A stretch of DNA of 64,000 nucleotides from positions 17,546,001 to 17,610,000 of the forward strand of contig OZ059896.1 of the NCBI GenBank assembly GCA_964057225.1. Reading direction: 5' to 3'. Below are positions 1-15,872 of the stretch, piece after piece; the first letter of the stretch is position 1, and every line of letters begins with the position of its first letter. A model generated the notes under the pieces. The model was not told the origin of the DNA, made no database searches, and saw only the letters and a program-made list of their open reading frames with translations. Origin of the DNA: Auanema rhodensis. Its lineage: Eukaryota; Animalia; Nematoda. The translations under genes were made by a program, and so were the position numbers.

Positions 1-3436
<3,436 letters not shown>

Positions 3437-3714
3437 GAACATTCTTCATTATGCATCTCTTGCGATTTTGTTTCAATGATATATTTCGCATTATGTACAG
3501 TCCATTTTAACATTTCGATCGATAATATAATTCGCACGTTCTTTATAATTTATTTTATTTATGATGCAAAAAGCAACGATTAGAAACAAAAGAGAACATA
3601 TCAATATTGACCTTTTAAATATGGAAAACACATTTTTCATTTTGTTCAACATATTATCTGCTAAATAGGCAATAATAGGAGAACATATAAATGATGCAAA
3701 CTGTATTCCTTGTA

Positions 3715-3785
3715 GCATCGGTGGTTCAGTGGTAGAATGCTCGCCTGCCACGCGGGCGACCCGGGTTCGATTCCCGGCCGATGCA
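3715..3785 (+). tRNA. tRNA-Gly(GCC) copy 1
   Basis: GCATCGGTGGTTCAGTGGTAGAATGCTCGCCTGCCACGCGGGCGACCCGGGTTCGATTCCCGGCCGATGCA; A and B boxes, GCC anticodon, downstream TTTCTTTT terminator. Confidence 0.96.
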
Positions 3786-4092
3786 ACTTTCTTTTGCTCT
3801 CAAGAACCTTGTGCTTTCTAAAAATGAATATTTTATTTTTTAAGCTTTTTTCTAGCAAACAATGCTTTGTGGGAACCCTGGGATACTGTTTCAGAAACTT
3901 TAACAAAGGAAGTTGCGTTTTGATATCGAAATGATGGATTTATATATATTTCATGGTGTTCAACATATCGTTTCCATAAAAGTTACAAATGAAAAAATCA
4001 AAAACATTCTTTTCTGGAAAATCCAAAATTCTATTGGCCGGGAAAAGATTAATTTCTCCAGCGTGATTCGAAAGTACTCTGAAAGGTTTGTA

Positions 4093-4163
4093 GCATCGGT
4101 GGTTCAGTGGTAGAATGCTCGCCTGCCACGCGGGCGACCCGGGTTCGATTCCCGGCCGATGCA
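4093..4163 (+). tRNA. tRNA-Gly(GCC) copy 2
   Basis: Same 71-mer, 378 bp after copy 1. Confidence 0.96.
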
Positions 4164-4468
4164 ACTTTCTTTTGCTCTCAAGAACCTTGTGCTTTCTAAA
4201 AATGACTATTTTATTTTTTAAGCTTTTTTCTAGCAAACAATGCTTTGTGGGAACCCTAGGATACCATTTCAGAAACTTGAAAGAAGAAAGTGGCGTTTTG
4301 ATATGGAAATGATGAATTTATACATTTCTTGGAGTTCAACATCTCGTTTCCAGAAAAGTTACAAATAAGAAAATCAAAAACATTCTTTTCTGGAAAATCC
4401 AAAATTCTATTGGCCGGGAAAAGATTGATTTCTCCAGCCTGAAACGAAAGTACTCTAAAAGTTTTGTA

Positions 4469-4539
4469 GCATCGGTGGTTCAGTGGTAGAATGCTCGCCT
4501 GCCACGCGGGCGACCCGGGTTCGATTCCCGGCCGATGCA
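4469..4539 (+). tRNA. tRNA-Gly(GCC) copy 3
   Basis: Same 71-mer, 376 bp after copy 2. Confidence 0.96.
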
Positions 4540-5004
4540 ACTTTGTTTTGCTCTCAAGAACCTTGTGCTTTCTAAAAATGACTATTTTATTTTTTAAGCT
4601 TTTTTCTAGCAAACAATGCTCTGTGGGAACCCTAGGATACCATTTCAGAAACTTGAAAAAAGAAAGTGGCGTTTTGATATGGAAATGATGAATTTATACA
4701 TTTCATGGTGTTCAACATATCGTTTCCATAAAAGTTACAAATGAAAAAAAAAAACATTCTTTTCTGACGTTATACCACAAGTGTAGAGTATGGTTAGGAG
4801 TAAAACACAAACGAATATGTAGAAAAGGGTTTATTGATGGTTTAACAAGACAAGCGCGGAATAAAATCACTGGCTGCGAACATTGAAATTGTAAGACTGG
4901 CTATATTTGGGGGCGGTTCTTGGCCTGAAATAAAGTGTTACTTACGCCACATGTGAACACGTATGGTGTGCATATGTGTTTTATGCAGTTTAAAGGAAGA
5001 GGAT

Positions 5005-5052
<48 letters not shown>

Positions 5053-5101
5053 ACAAAAACTTACTCGTTTATTGCGACACTTCCCGCAAGAGTGGAAATA
5101 C

Positions 5102-5563
5102 CTACATTGGTCTTTTACGCTTGGTCTTCCCACATACAACTCCATGGTGGGTCTTTGTTTTGCATCTATAACAAGATACCTCACATATATCCGGATGTTT
5201 TGGATTTTGGCATCTGATGCACAGTCCCAATTCATGTAGACGTAAAGTGCGCTCTGGAGAAGAGGGGTATATAAGGCAAGCTGCAGTGTGGTGACCATCA
5301 GCGGTTGGCTCGCTGCAAAAGATGCAGGAGGACTTTGGCGTTGTCTGAACGGCTAGGTTGTCCAGTTTCAAATTTAGAGAGTGGTTAATATTGTCCAGTC
5401 TCTCGGAGAGGTGGTTCACAGCGCTGGCCAGGTTGTCGTAGAACCTCTTTTCGAGGACCATTAGCTGTCTCAGGTTTGCAGTAGTATTGGCTACATGTAA
5501 ATACTTTTTGAGATCTTCCTCGAAGGAAGTGTTCTCAATCAAGTTGGACGTTATATCTTCCAT
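5102..5563 (-). CDS. 153-aa 3' accessory ORF of element 2 (helical N-terminus, three Cys/His knuckles, KRKRP tail)
   Basis: Open frame MEDIT...CIFC..H....C..CIRC..H..C..CYRC..HH..C..KRKRPM; about 80% identical to 39383-39844. Confidence 0.8.
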   Translation of the reverse strand: MEDITSNLIENTSFEEDLKKYLHVANTTANLRQLMVLEKRFYDNLASAVNHLSERLDNINHSLNLKLDNLAVQTTPKSSCIFCSEPTADGHHTAACLIYPSSPERTLRLHELGLCIRCQNPKHPDICEVSCYRCKTKTHHGVVCGKTKRKRPM

Positions 5564-6106
5564 TGCTCTGAGTTGAGGCAAACTTTTTTCGCCACTTTAT
5601 ATACTGGTTGGCGTCTGGTCTCTAATATGGATCTATCACGTCATTCAGGGATTAAAATAGTATTCTCCTGTTATTGATATTCACAATTAAACGTCTGTTG
5701 GACGAGTTGTTATGTAACTCGATACTATCACAGGTTAGAAATCCTAAACAGAACTAGCCGAATTGTGTTACATTATTATTTCAAAAAAATAATTTTTTTC
5801 TCTTCTCTCTTTGGTTTATTTTATTCTGTAAGAATTTTAGTTTAAACATTTTTTTATTTTTTCTTCAATCTTATACCCTTAAAATATTCGATCTCGAAGT
5901 GAGGCTGTGAAACTTAAAAAACTTGGTATATTGTGAACATCCCTTTGGCCATCCATTGTATGGCTAACACTGTATTTAACAATACAGTATACAGTCCTGT
6001 GCAAAATAGTTGGGACACCCCTATGTTAGAGGCCCCAGAAAACTCCTTCAAACTACAAAAAAAATTTTTTTTTAATTTCAAAAATTTTGCGAGTTTATAT
6101 AGTATA

Positions 6107-7417
6107 CAGGGTGGGTGAGAAGTATGTGTCGTTTTTTACAATCGCTTGATTGAGTGACATAAATAGTGTCAAAAATTATGAACTCCTGGGGAGTGTTAGC
6201 TATAAAAGTCATTAACATAATTAGACATAACAGTCGTTTCAATTCAATCGTTTTGAAAAATGCCAAGAATTTCTCCACACCGTAGTGCTATTGCTCGTCT
6301 AGTTGATGAAGGTCTCTCTGCTGCAGAGATATCAAGAAGGCTCAACATTCCATCATCAACGTGTCGTAAGATTTCAAGACTTTATAGGGATACAGGTAGC
6401 ATTGAGGAGAAGCCAAAGACAGGAAGAATCCGTTCGGTCAACGTTCCACGTACGAGGAATATCATTAATCGTAGGATACAACGCGACTCAACGGTTAGTA
6501 TGAGAAAAATGGCCAACGATCTTGGTATTTCAACGGAACGAGTCCGTTTCATCGTCAAAAAGGAACTCAAGATGCGGAGTTATCATCTCGGAAGAGGGCA
6601 GCAACTGACGGATACACAGAAAAAAATAGACTGGAAAAAGCAAAAAAATTACTAGTTTTCTTAAGCAAGGCCGCGTTTCAGACGTACTTTTTACAGATGA
6701 AAAAATTTGAAAAAATTTTTACTCTTCAGCCTCTCCCGAACAGACAGAACTATCGACAACTGATGAAAATAGATGGAAGAAGAAATCAGAACAGAATCAT
6801 TGCTGAGAGATCTCTCTTCACCAAATCTTTGATGGTTTGGGGAGGAATCACAGCAAAATTGAAGACACCGCTTGTTTTCATTGAAAGGAACGTCAAAATC
6901 AATGCGGCCGTGTATCAAAAAACCATATTGGAGGACGTTTTAGGACCATGGATGAGGAGCAACTTCGAAAATCAGGAAATGATTCTTCAACAGGATTGGG
7001 CACCAGCTCATAGTGCCAAAACGACGATGGACTACTGTAAAACCCATTTTCCAGGGTTCTGGGGCAAAGATGTATGGCCTTCCTGTTCACCTGACCTCAA
7101 CCCAATGGACTATTCAGTATGGGGACTACTTCAATCCAAAATAGAGAAGCAACATTTCACTAGTTTGGATTCGCTGAAGCTAGCTTTGATCAAAGCATGG
7201 GACGAAATAGATGAGGATTACCTATGGTCAACTGTGAACAATTTCAAAAATAGGATAGCAGCGGTAACTAAAGCAAAAGGAGCCCATTTTGAACACAATT
7301 TGTAAAAATTCTAAGTTAATAATAACTCTTTATAATAAAAACTTTTGATGCTAAAATATTGTTTTGTTTTTGAAATATTGAGATTTAAAGAGCGACACAT
7401 ACTTCTCACCCACCCTG
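6107..7417 (+). mobile_element. Full-length maT (DD37D) Tc1/mariner element; transposase 6260-7305 frameshifted
   Basis: Perfect 25-bp TIR CAGGGTGGGTGAGAAGTATGTGTCG, TA TSD; HTH N-terminus; VLFTDEK, then QQD followed by 37 residues to the D of SPDLNPMD; frameshifts in A-runs near 6620-6715. Confidence 0.93.
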
Positions 7418-7599
7418 TATAGTCAGTAAAAATAAATGTCAATATAATAAAAACTGATTTCAATATTTTTTTCTAAATTTATAACGAAAATTAGTGTTTT
7501 TGACTATTTTGAGTAATCCTTCTTGATATAACAAAATTTGAGATTAGGAAGAAGTTAATTCATTAAAAATATTTTTAAATGATTCTGTGTACAAAGCTC

Positions 7600-8739
7600 G
7601 GCTCTAGTGCAGTTCCCCCCTCAGAACGGGGGGTTTGGGGGGTTTACCCCCCATTTCCGGTGTTTAGTTAATTTGTTTTTGATTTTCTTTTGATTTTCTT
7701 TTGATTAAATTTAATTATAATATTTTTATTATTCACGATTATTCATATCATTCATAAATTCACTAATTTCACATAAGATAGTTTCAAAAAGGTCTGAATT
7801 AATGTGTCTACGGCGCCACATAAATTCACACAAATAACCATCTAACATGTGAGTCTGTACTCCCCATAAACGCTTGAATTTGGCTTTCGCAATGTTCCAA
7901 ACTCTCTCTATATCATTAGTATGCGCTACGGTTTGTCAACAAAATTATATGTATGATTAACGGTCAGTGTATAACGGTGGGTGTATTGCTTGTTTAAAGA
8001 TTCTAACCCTCCCCCCCATAAGCGCGCCAGTAGTCTGATATAATAGTACTTCCAGGATTTATTGAGAACTTAATACATTCCTGGAGAGTAGCTCTACTTC
8101 GATCAGGCACTGTATACAAAAAACATTCCTTTGTCTCACGACATATTCCCCAAACACCCATTGTTCTGGTTAACCCTACCAACATTATTTAATATTTACG
8201 CTTAGATACTAGGATCACATCTATCTCTACAGTCATATTACGGCCCCTATTATAATTGGATTTTTTAAAAGGGAATGAGCACAGACTTCACGTAAAAATT
8301 ATTATAGTCAACTACGGTATGGTTGGATCCTGTTCCGAGCTCATCTTTTCAAAATTAGACTGTTGTATACTCCTTTGTCTAACAGTAAATGAAGAGAATG
8401 AAGTTTGTATACGATAAATGAGAGCCTATTTAATTTAAAGTAGTTACATCTTAAAAGTGAAGCTATACCTTCTAAAAATGTTCTTTTTTTTTAATTTCTG
8501 TTCTTTCCTACAGCTTTTTTTGAGACATCTCCACCGTTCACGCTCTATTGAGAGCTTCATTTCAGATTGGCAGATGCTACAGATCATAGTATCTTGTACA
8601 ATCCCGTTTTCTTGCAAAAATCGAATGGCACTTTCTTTGGTTGCAACTTTATCTCTCAGGGCGAACATGATTCCAGATTTTTTTCGATTGTTTTTTTGAA
8701 AAGAAATTACAGCGGGGAGGGGGGGGACTGCACTTGAGC
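7600..8739 (-). mobile_element. Merlin (ISXO2/IS1595-like) transposon, degenerate
   Basis: TIRs GCTCTAGTGCAGTTCCCCC / GGGGGACTGCACTTGAGC; Zn ribbon CSIC..WRC, GICRETKECF, TIISDYWRAY, YLCEFMWRRR; intron, stops and frameshifts. Confidence 0.85.
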
Positions 8740-9553
8740 TTGATCAATAACCTATGGCATAGCTTCAAACAAGTAAGCTTCAGCATCTGAATCTTACTGA
8801 ATTTCTATGAAGATAACTTGGATAACATACAACCAAATTCTCCCGTTTAAAATAAAAATAGACGTTTAGTGTAGTCCTAACATTCTACTCAAAATATATT
8901 TTTTCTGATTTTTTGTAGTTTGTCTGAGAAGGTATAAGGGATTTTAGTGAGTTTCCCAACTATTCCGCACAGGGCTGTATATTGGCGTACATGCTAAATA
9001 TTTTATAGTAGCGGTAATTAAGCCTATCAGTATAATTCCCAAGTTTGAAATGGTTAATTTAAGAATTACAGTGAAATCGCTAGATTCGGATGTTTTTCTT
9101 TTTTTTGGAGCTGTTTTCGTCAAATTCGTCTAAACTCGCTATGTGATGGAGTGTTCCTTTCATGATAATTTTAAATTTCTTACTGTCGCATGTAGTATAG
9201 CATATCTCATCAATTTGAGAATTTTCTCTTTTTATTGTTATTTCGGTTGTTGCTATCTTCGGGGAGCATTTTATCATAAATACTTCTCTCTGACATTTAA
9301 TTGAAATCCATGTAACTTCTGCCGCGAGGCATTGAAATTCTGCAAATGCACCCTGCTCCCAAGAGTAGCAGCCTGATAGTTTTGTGTGAGTGGGTGCACA
9401 AGGCAAATTATTAGAGAAAATCACAGAGTTTAGAAAGAGGGAAGAGTATGCTGAAACTAGACTTTCATCTATTTTTGTAGAAAAGGATAGTGTGTTAGTT
9501 TTTGTTGTGAATTTTCGGCAAACCTATTGAATGTGCAGAGACAGAATGAGGAT

Positions 9554-11940
9554 AAATTTTTTAAATGGAATAAAAAAGTGGTACAGTTGTTTCATTTCTG
9601 CAACCGCCCATGATGGTATATGTTTACTCCATATCCAAAGGTTGGTATTTGATACAACCGTTGTTTTTTCTATATTTAATGGGTCCGATACAGTCTAGCC
9701 CCTTCAATGGCATAGCTTTGGTAATTCAGAGGTGCCAGAAAATCTGTGGTGAATGGGAGACTGCGTATCTGAAGAAAAAGAAGAATTTTTTAAGAAATGG
9801 GCTGATCAGGTGAGTAACTCCCAGGTGTGATGATCAGAAGAAACGGGAGAAGTAAGTATCCCGGACATTGATATTAGCTCAGTTTGAAAAAAGAACAAGC
9901 CCAGCAGCCGACCATGCCATTGTTTGATTTCAATGGATTGCTTCTCTGCTTGAGTCAAACCCAGTTGAAGGAACCGTCTGTTCAAGCTCTGAGCATAATC
10001 GAATAAACATCCTTGAACAGAATGAAGAATAGTTTCAACTTCCCTTAATACAGCGATTTCAAAATCACAGATAAAAATAAGGTTTTCAACTATGCAGCCA
10101 ACGTTGGAGAGAGCAAGAGAAACATGTTGAAGGAGCCTTCTATAAGTGAACCTAGTTTTATTTTTTTAATGGAATAAAAAAGTGGTACAGTGGTTTCATT
10201 TCACTGCAACCACCCATGATAGTATATGTTTGCTTCATATTGAAAGGCTGGTAATTGAAACAACCGTCCCCAAGCAGTTGAGTTAAACCATTTTAAACAG
10301 CTAGTTCCAAACAAAATGTATCAAAATACAAATGAAACTTACTGTCATGAAAATGCAAGAATGTACGACCATTGATAGTTTTAGTCAAGTCTTTTGCTAC
10401 CATTGTGCGAACAAATAACGTCCGGTAATTCTCGGCGAGCAACAAATCTTATGAATGCATTGAGGATTGTGTTCGAGCTCATGTCATTGATTGGTTCGAG
10501 GTGAACTGCTCTAATGGTTAGACATGTAAAGATTACGATATAGATCTCTAAAAGACTATCAATACCCTCCATCTCCAACAATCACTGACTATGGTGCTTT
10601 CGCGCTCGATACAGTTATAGATACAGCTGTTTAAAGTTTCTGTACTTCTATTAGAAACGGCAAATAAAAAGCAATCCCTTGTTTCATTACATACCCCTGC
10701 GAACAATCATTGCGCTGGCTTTATCCTACCTATATTAAATTTTCTACGAGAAACTAACGTTTCATCGATTTCAACATTCAAATTAGGACCTCCAATCATT
10801 AGAGGATGCTTTAAAATATTAAATGCGCAAACTTCTCTCATGAAGTTATTATTATCCACAGCTGTTTTGCAAGGGCCTATTCCTAACTCATCTAAACAGA
10901 ACTTAACAGTAGTGTATTCCTTGCTCCAGCAGTATACGAAAAGAATGAACTTGGTATTTCCAATTTTTGAGGTTAAAATATTGGTGTTGATAATATATAG
11001 ATTTTAACTTTATACCTTGAAGAAATGTTCCATTTTTTATTAAAATTTCCCTTCTACAGTTTCTTGAACGCTTGAACAGACGCTTCTTTCAACTGGGTTT
11101 GACACATGCAGAGAAGCTATCCATTGAAATCAAACAATGGCATGGTCGGCTGCTGGGCTTGCTCTTCTTTCAAACTGATCTCATCTCAATGTCTGGGTTA
11201 TTTAATTCTCCCGTTTCTTCTGATCTTCCATCATATTCTTCTTGTCTTCAAATGATCAGTTATGTGAATGAAACATGGATTTGAAGGACCTTTGCGACAT
11301 TATTGGAGCAAATGGGACATAAAACAATTTTGTACATCTAATAATGTTGAATCTTTTCACCGTAAAATGAAAACTATTTTATCTAGCTCTCATCCTCCTC
11401 TTTCTGAATTAATTATTTTTTTCATCGTGAAAATTTGATGGCTAATCATGTCCTGATCGCTCGTCATCAATTGTTGAGCCTGCTAGGAAAAAAGAAAAAA
11501 CGTAATTGAAAGGCAACAACGGATTGAGGTCCAGTTTGAAAACTTCAGGAACATCTCTAATAACCGAGGAGATGGCGAAGTTTAACACTAGAAAATCTTA
11601 TTTTTAAAGCATTTAAATTGAAAAATTAAACTCTAATAAATTTTTTGAACCATATCTTTTTTTAACACAAAAACCTCCTTGCTGTTTATATTAAAAACCT
11701 TAATTTTTTGTGAACTGTTTAAGTTTTGGGTAATTTTTAGAAGTCTAAACAACTAAAAACTGATAGTACAACACGTGTGGTATAATTTACGACCGTTATG
11801 CTTGCTAGGGAGAGGTTGTAAAAATAGGAGACGACGAAACGTCTCAAACCCTTTCAGAGTACTTTCGAATAACGCTGGAGAAATCAATCTTTCCCCGGCC
11901 AATAGAATTTTGGATTATCCAGAAAAGAATGTTTTGATTT
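9554..11940. mobile_element. Mosaic of fragments: BEL integrase (about 9660-9830 and 10385-10547, -), MULE (9841-10384 -, 11071-11845 +), Merlin (10548-11066 -), tRNA-unit flank (11846-11940)
   Basis: GLDCIGPIKYRKN and IFTCLTIRAVHLEP integrase motifs; direct match of 11071-11940 to about 14825-15713. Confidence 0.8.
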
Positions 11941-12023
11941 TCTCTAGTTTCATTAGTGATGTATATCTAGTTTTATTACACTCACTCTAGTCTTCTATGT
12001 ACTTTATCTAGTCTTATTATATA

Positions 12024-13210
12024 CACTCTGGTGCAAAATAATGTAACATTTTTTCGATTACTTTTTTTTCGAGATTTTATTTTTATGAATTGTTTCCTTG
12101 CTCATGATTTTGAAGTTTATTTTAATAAGAAGTATTTATTTCAAAAAAAGGCTAAAAAGAAATGAGTATAATTGAGAAAATTGAGAAAAAATATTTTTGT
12201 GATATTAGAGTAGATAACATGATGAATTTAAAACAAATTTTTTTATATTCAAAAGGAAGTGGGTCCTCCAAGTTTTAGACGAACTTTGGACATACGTCTT
12301 GCCATGCTGTCTATCAAGTTAGAACAAATTTCTAACGAGACATTTTCCCATGCTTCGAGTATAGCCGCTCTGAGGGTTCTTGTATTTTCACTGTTTTCCC
12401 TCAGAATAAATTCGCTTTACTAAGTCTGGTCCGTCTAAGTTGAACCTTTTCTCATCAGAGAATATAATCTATAACAATAAAAAACAGCTCAATTTATTTT
12501 TCACGCGTCTTACTTTGGACCAATCACGGCCAAGATTTAAATCAGCAAAAGGTAGCCTCTTAATTTTGTGTGCGGGTGTCAGGAACGGAGCTTTTAACAT
12601 TCTAGAACGTCTGATATTTTCAGCTTCCTCTAACACTTTCCGGATGGTCCATCGTGAAACGGTGAGATTCAGAATTCGTCCAATTTCTGTACAGCTTCGC
12701 TCACTATTAGACGCAAGACGGATTATACTGCGTCTGTCAAGTGAGGATTTGTTTCCTACCAGATTCGCTTCTCTTACTTTCAGTTGTACCACGTAACAGA
12801 TATCTAGTTATCGTGGATCGAGATCTTCCGAGTTCTTGAGCGATTTGTTCATGACTCATACCAAATCGGCGAAAAGAGTCAATTTGGGTTTTTCCCCAAC
12901 TGATAAATCTACCTTAGGGGACATTCTGTAGTCAAAACATGAGGCTTTCAAAAAATTGAGAAAAAAAAATCTAACCTTGATTCACAGCAAAAGTTATGAA
13001 GTTATGTTTTAGAAACAATAATCAAGGATTTTTTCAAAAAAACATCATTTAGCCAAAAAAATTTTACAAGCATGTTTTACAATTGGTTTTTATTATTATT
13101 ATGTGTATATTTTATGATACTATTTATGGTTATTATATGAAAAAATTTGCTTTAAAAATAACAAAATTATTATGACATTTTTCAATGTTACATTATTTTG
13201 CACCAGAGTG
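12024..13210 (-). mobile_element. Tc3-like element with internally deleted transposase
   Basis: TIR CACTCTGGTGCAAAATAATGTAACATT, TA flanks; IIFSDEKKFNLDGPD motif; catalytic middle missing. Confidence 0.88.
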
Positions 13211-13216
13211 TATATA

Positions 13217-13916
13217 CAGTCATGTGCAAAAAAACCTCGGACAACTTTTAGAATCCCTTATACCTTCTCAGACAAACTACAAAAAATCAGAAAAAATACA
13301 TTTTGAGTGTTAAAAATTGATAACGAATTCAGAAAAAATCTTTAAAGTTTTAAAAATCATGTTCAAAAGTATTTTTTGGAGTCTCCGAAATTTTCATAAA
13401 CTGCTAGAAGTCTTCTTTCTTGAATTTCAGAAGTTTCATCAAGACTTCAGAAATAATCTTTTGATAGAATGTTAGGAATACACTAAACGTCTATTTTTCT
13501 TTTAAACGGGAGAATTTGGTTGTATGTTAACCAAGTTATCTTCATAGATATTCGGTAAGATTCAGATGCTGAAGCTTACTTGTTTGAAGCTATGCCATAG
13601 GAAAAACTTAGTTATTGATTGAGCTTTGTGCTTAGAATCATTTTAAAATATTTTTTAATGAATTAACATGTTCCTAATCTCAAATTTTGTTATATTAAGA
13701 TGAATTATTCAAAATAGTCAAAAAACACTATTTTTCCTTATAAATTTAGAAAAAAATATTGAAATCAATTTTCATTATATTAACATATATTTTGACTGAA
13801 TATATACTATGTGACATTACGAAACTTATGAAATTAAAAAAAAAATTTTTTTGTAGTTTGAAGGGGTTTCTGGGGCCTCTAAGATATTTTTGTCCGAGGT
13901 TTTTTGCACAGGACTG
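13217..13916. mobile_element. 700-bp Tc1-type MITE (empty form of 5992-8977)
   Basis: TIR CAGTC(A/C)TGTGCAAAAAA(A)CCTCGGACAA, TA flanks. Confidence 0.85.
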
Positions 13917-14006
13917 TATATTTTTTTATTTTTTTTTATTTTAGTCCTTATATTCTGTATTATGTATATCTGAATGACATATGAATGAATCTTTCTTCCT
14001 CTAACA

Positions 14007-15617
14007 GTCTTTTAAGTTACCAGGGCATAGAATAGAAAGTGTGAACCTGGGAGGCTATTTGAAGAGCCCTCTATCTTCAAAACTTCTATCAAAGTAGAAA
14101 ATAATGTATTTCTCGAAAATCCTGTTGCTCAAAACCATCATTGTGATATATTTTTGTTTTCTATTAACAAATGCAAAAATATCACATACTCTCTAACTCA
14201 GAATATCAAAAATTCAGACTCATGTTTTGAGATGAAAGCTTATTCCTTATTTGTCAATGAAATAAAAAAAATATTTCATGAATCTGAGTTAGAAGAGCAT
14301 GAAAAGCAAGAAGTTTCCTCTGCCTGGTTTCATGGGGGCTATGATAGTAGACGGAGAGCTATTACAAGGGCTTTAAGTTCTCGTAAAGACATAAGAACAT
14401 CCATGACCAATGTTCTCTGTCTTTGTCTAAAACTATCAATGGTTGTACGTTCTTGCATTTTCATGACAGCGAGTTTCATTTTTATTTTGTTTGGAACTAG
14501 CTAATCAGAATGGTTTAACTCAACTGCTTAACTCAACTTGGGGACGGTTGTTTCAAATACCAGCCTTTGAATATGAAGCAATTATATACCATCATGGGTG
14601 GTTGCAGTGAAATGAAACCACTGTACCACTTTTTTATTCCATTAAAAAAATAAAACTAGGTTCACATATAGAAGGCATCTTCAACATGTTGTTCTTGCTC
14701 TCTCCAACGTTGGCTGCATAGTTGAAAACCTTATTTTTATCTGTGATTTTGAAATCTCTGTAATAAGGGAAGTTGAAACTATTTTTCATTCTGTTCAAGG
14801 ATGTTTATTCCATTATGCTCAGAGCTTGAACAGACGGTTCCTTCAACTGGGTTTGACACAAGCAGAGAAGCTATCCATTGAAATCAAACAATGGCATGGT
14901 AGGCTGTCGGGCTCGCTCTTTCTTCAAACTGAGCTAATATCAATATCCGGGTTACTTAATTCTCCCGTTTTTTCTGATCTTCCATCATATTCTTCTTGTC
15001 TTCAAATGATCAGTTATGTGAATGAAACATGGATTGAAGGACCTTTGAGACATTATTGGAGCAAATAAGACATAAAACAGTTCAGTACATCTAATAATGT
15101 TGAATCTTTTCACCATAAAATGAACTTTAAAATGAGCTTTCTGAATTAATTATTTTTTTCATGGTGAAAATTTGATGGCTAATCATGTCCTGATCGCTCG
15201 TCATCGATTGTTGAGCCTGCTAGGAAAAAAGAAAAAACGTAATTGAAAGGCAACAACGGATTGAGGTCCAGTTTGAAAACTTCAGGAACATCTCTAATAA
15301 CCGACTGCCTAATCAGGAGGAAATAATAGCATATGTCGAGGAGATGGCGAAGTTTAACACTAGAAAATCTTATTTTTAAAGCATTTAAATTGAAAAATTA
15401 AACTCTAATAAATTTTTTGAACCATATCTTTTTTTAACACAAAAACCTCCTTGCTGTTTATATTAAAAACCTTAATTTTTTGTGAACTGTTTAAGTTTTG
15501 GGTAATTTTTAGAAGTCTAAACAACTAAAAACTGATAGTACAACACGTGTGGTATAATTTACGACCGTTATGCTTGCTAGGGAGAGGTTGTAAAAATAGG
15601 AGACGACGAAACGTCTC
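14007..15617 (+). mobile_element. Degenerate MULE (Mutator-like) transposon with one putative terminus ...GACGACGAAACGTCTC
   Basis: GDGCFKYQP, LYTIMG, FICDFE, QGCLFHYAQ, SNNVESFH motifs; stops and frameshifts. Confidence 0.8.
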
Positions 15618-15872
15618 AAACCCTTTCAGAGTACTTTCGAATAACGCTGGAGAAATCAATCTTTCCCCGGCCAATAGAATTTTGGATTATCCAGAAAAGA
15701 ATGTTTTGATTTTCTTACTTGTAACTTTTATGGAAACGAGTTGTTGAACAATATGAAATGTCATTTCGATATCAAAACTCAACTTTCTTCTTTCATGTTT
15801 CTGAAATGGTATCCTATGGTTCCCACAAATCAATGTTTGCTAGAAAAGAGCTTGAAAAATAAAATATTCATT

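Larger units (their letters stand above)
3710..4764 (+). repeat. Left tandem array of the ~377-bp tRNA-Gly unit (about 2.8 units), cut by an LTR at 4765
   Basis: Homologous spacers (CAAGAACC, CTAGCAAACAATGC, GAAAGTACTCT) recur with a 376-378 bp period. Confidence 0.95.
5992..8977. mobile_element. Non-autonomous Tc1/mariner-type element (MITE) hosting two nested transposons
   Basis: TIRs CAGTCCTGTGCAAAATAGTTGGG / CCCAACTATTCCGCACAGGGCTG, TA on both sides; internal sequence matches the empty 700-bp copy at 13217-13916. Confidence 0.88.
4765..9553 (-). mobile_element. Truncated BEL/Pao element 2: 3' LTR 4765-5079, PPT 5080-5087, 3' ORF, and env C-terminus split by the insertion at 5992-8977
   Basis: LTR TGTCGCAATAAACGAG...CACTTGTGGTATAACGTCA is homologous to the element-1 LTR and has an (AG)n tract; env remnant IFSNNLPCAP..KLSGCYS..QGAFAEFQCL; ACTP/NTVL..QW joins across the insertion. 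Confidence 0.9.

Noticed and set aside
3715-4092. Unit as a tRNA-derived SINE
   Set aside because: The tRNA is perfect and followed at once by a Pol III T-run terminator; no A-rich or simple-repeat tail; units are tandem. Not fully excluded
3715-4539. CRISPR-like array of identical repeats with spacers
   Set aside because: The repeat is a 71-nt tRNA, the spacers are ~306 bp and homologous to each other, there are no cas genes, and the context is eukaryotic
3661-4688. Repeated ORFs MLACHAGDPGSIPGRC and LHRPGIEPGSPAWQAS (also at 26.8-27.3, 29.7-30.0, 40.2-41.3 and 46.3-47.2 kb)
   Set aside because: They are translations of the tRNA-Gly gene and its flanks, not proteins
4963-5298. ERERERE / SLSLSL ORFs (also 39729-40147)
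   Set aside because: Translations of the LTR (CT)n/(AG)n microsatellite
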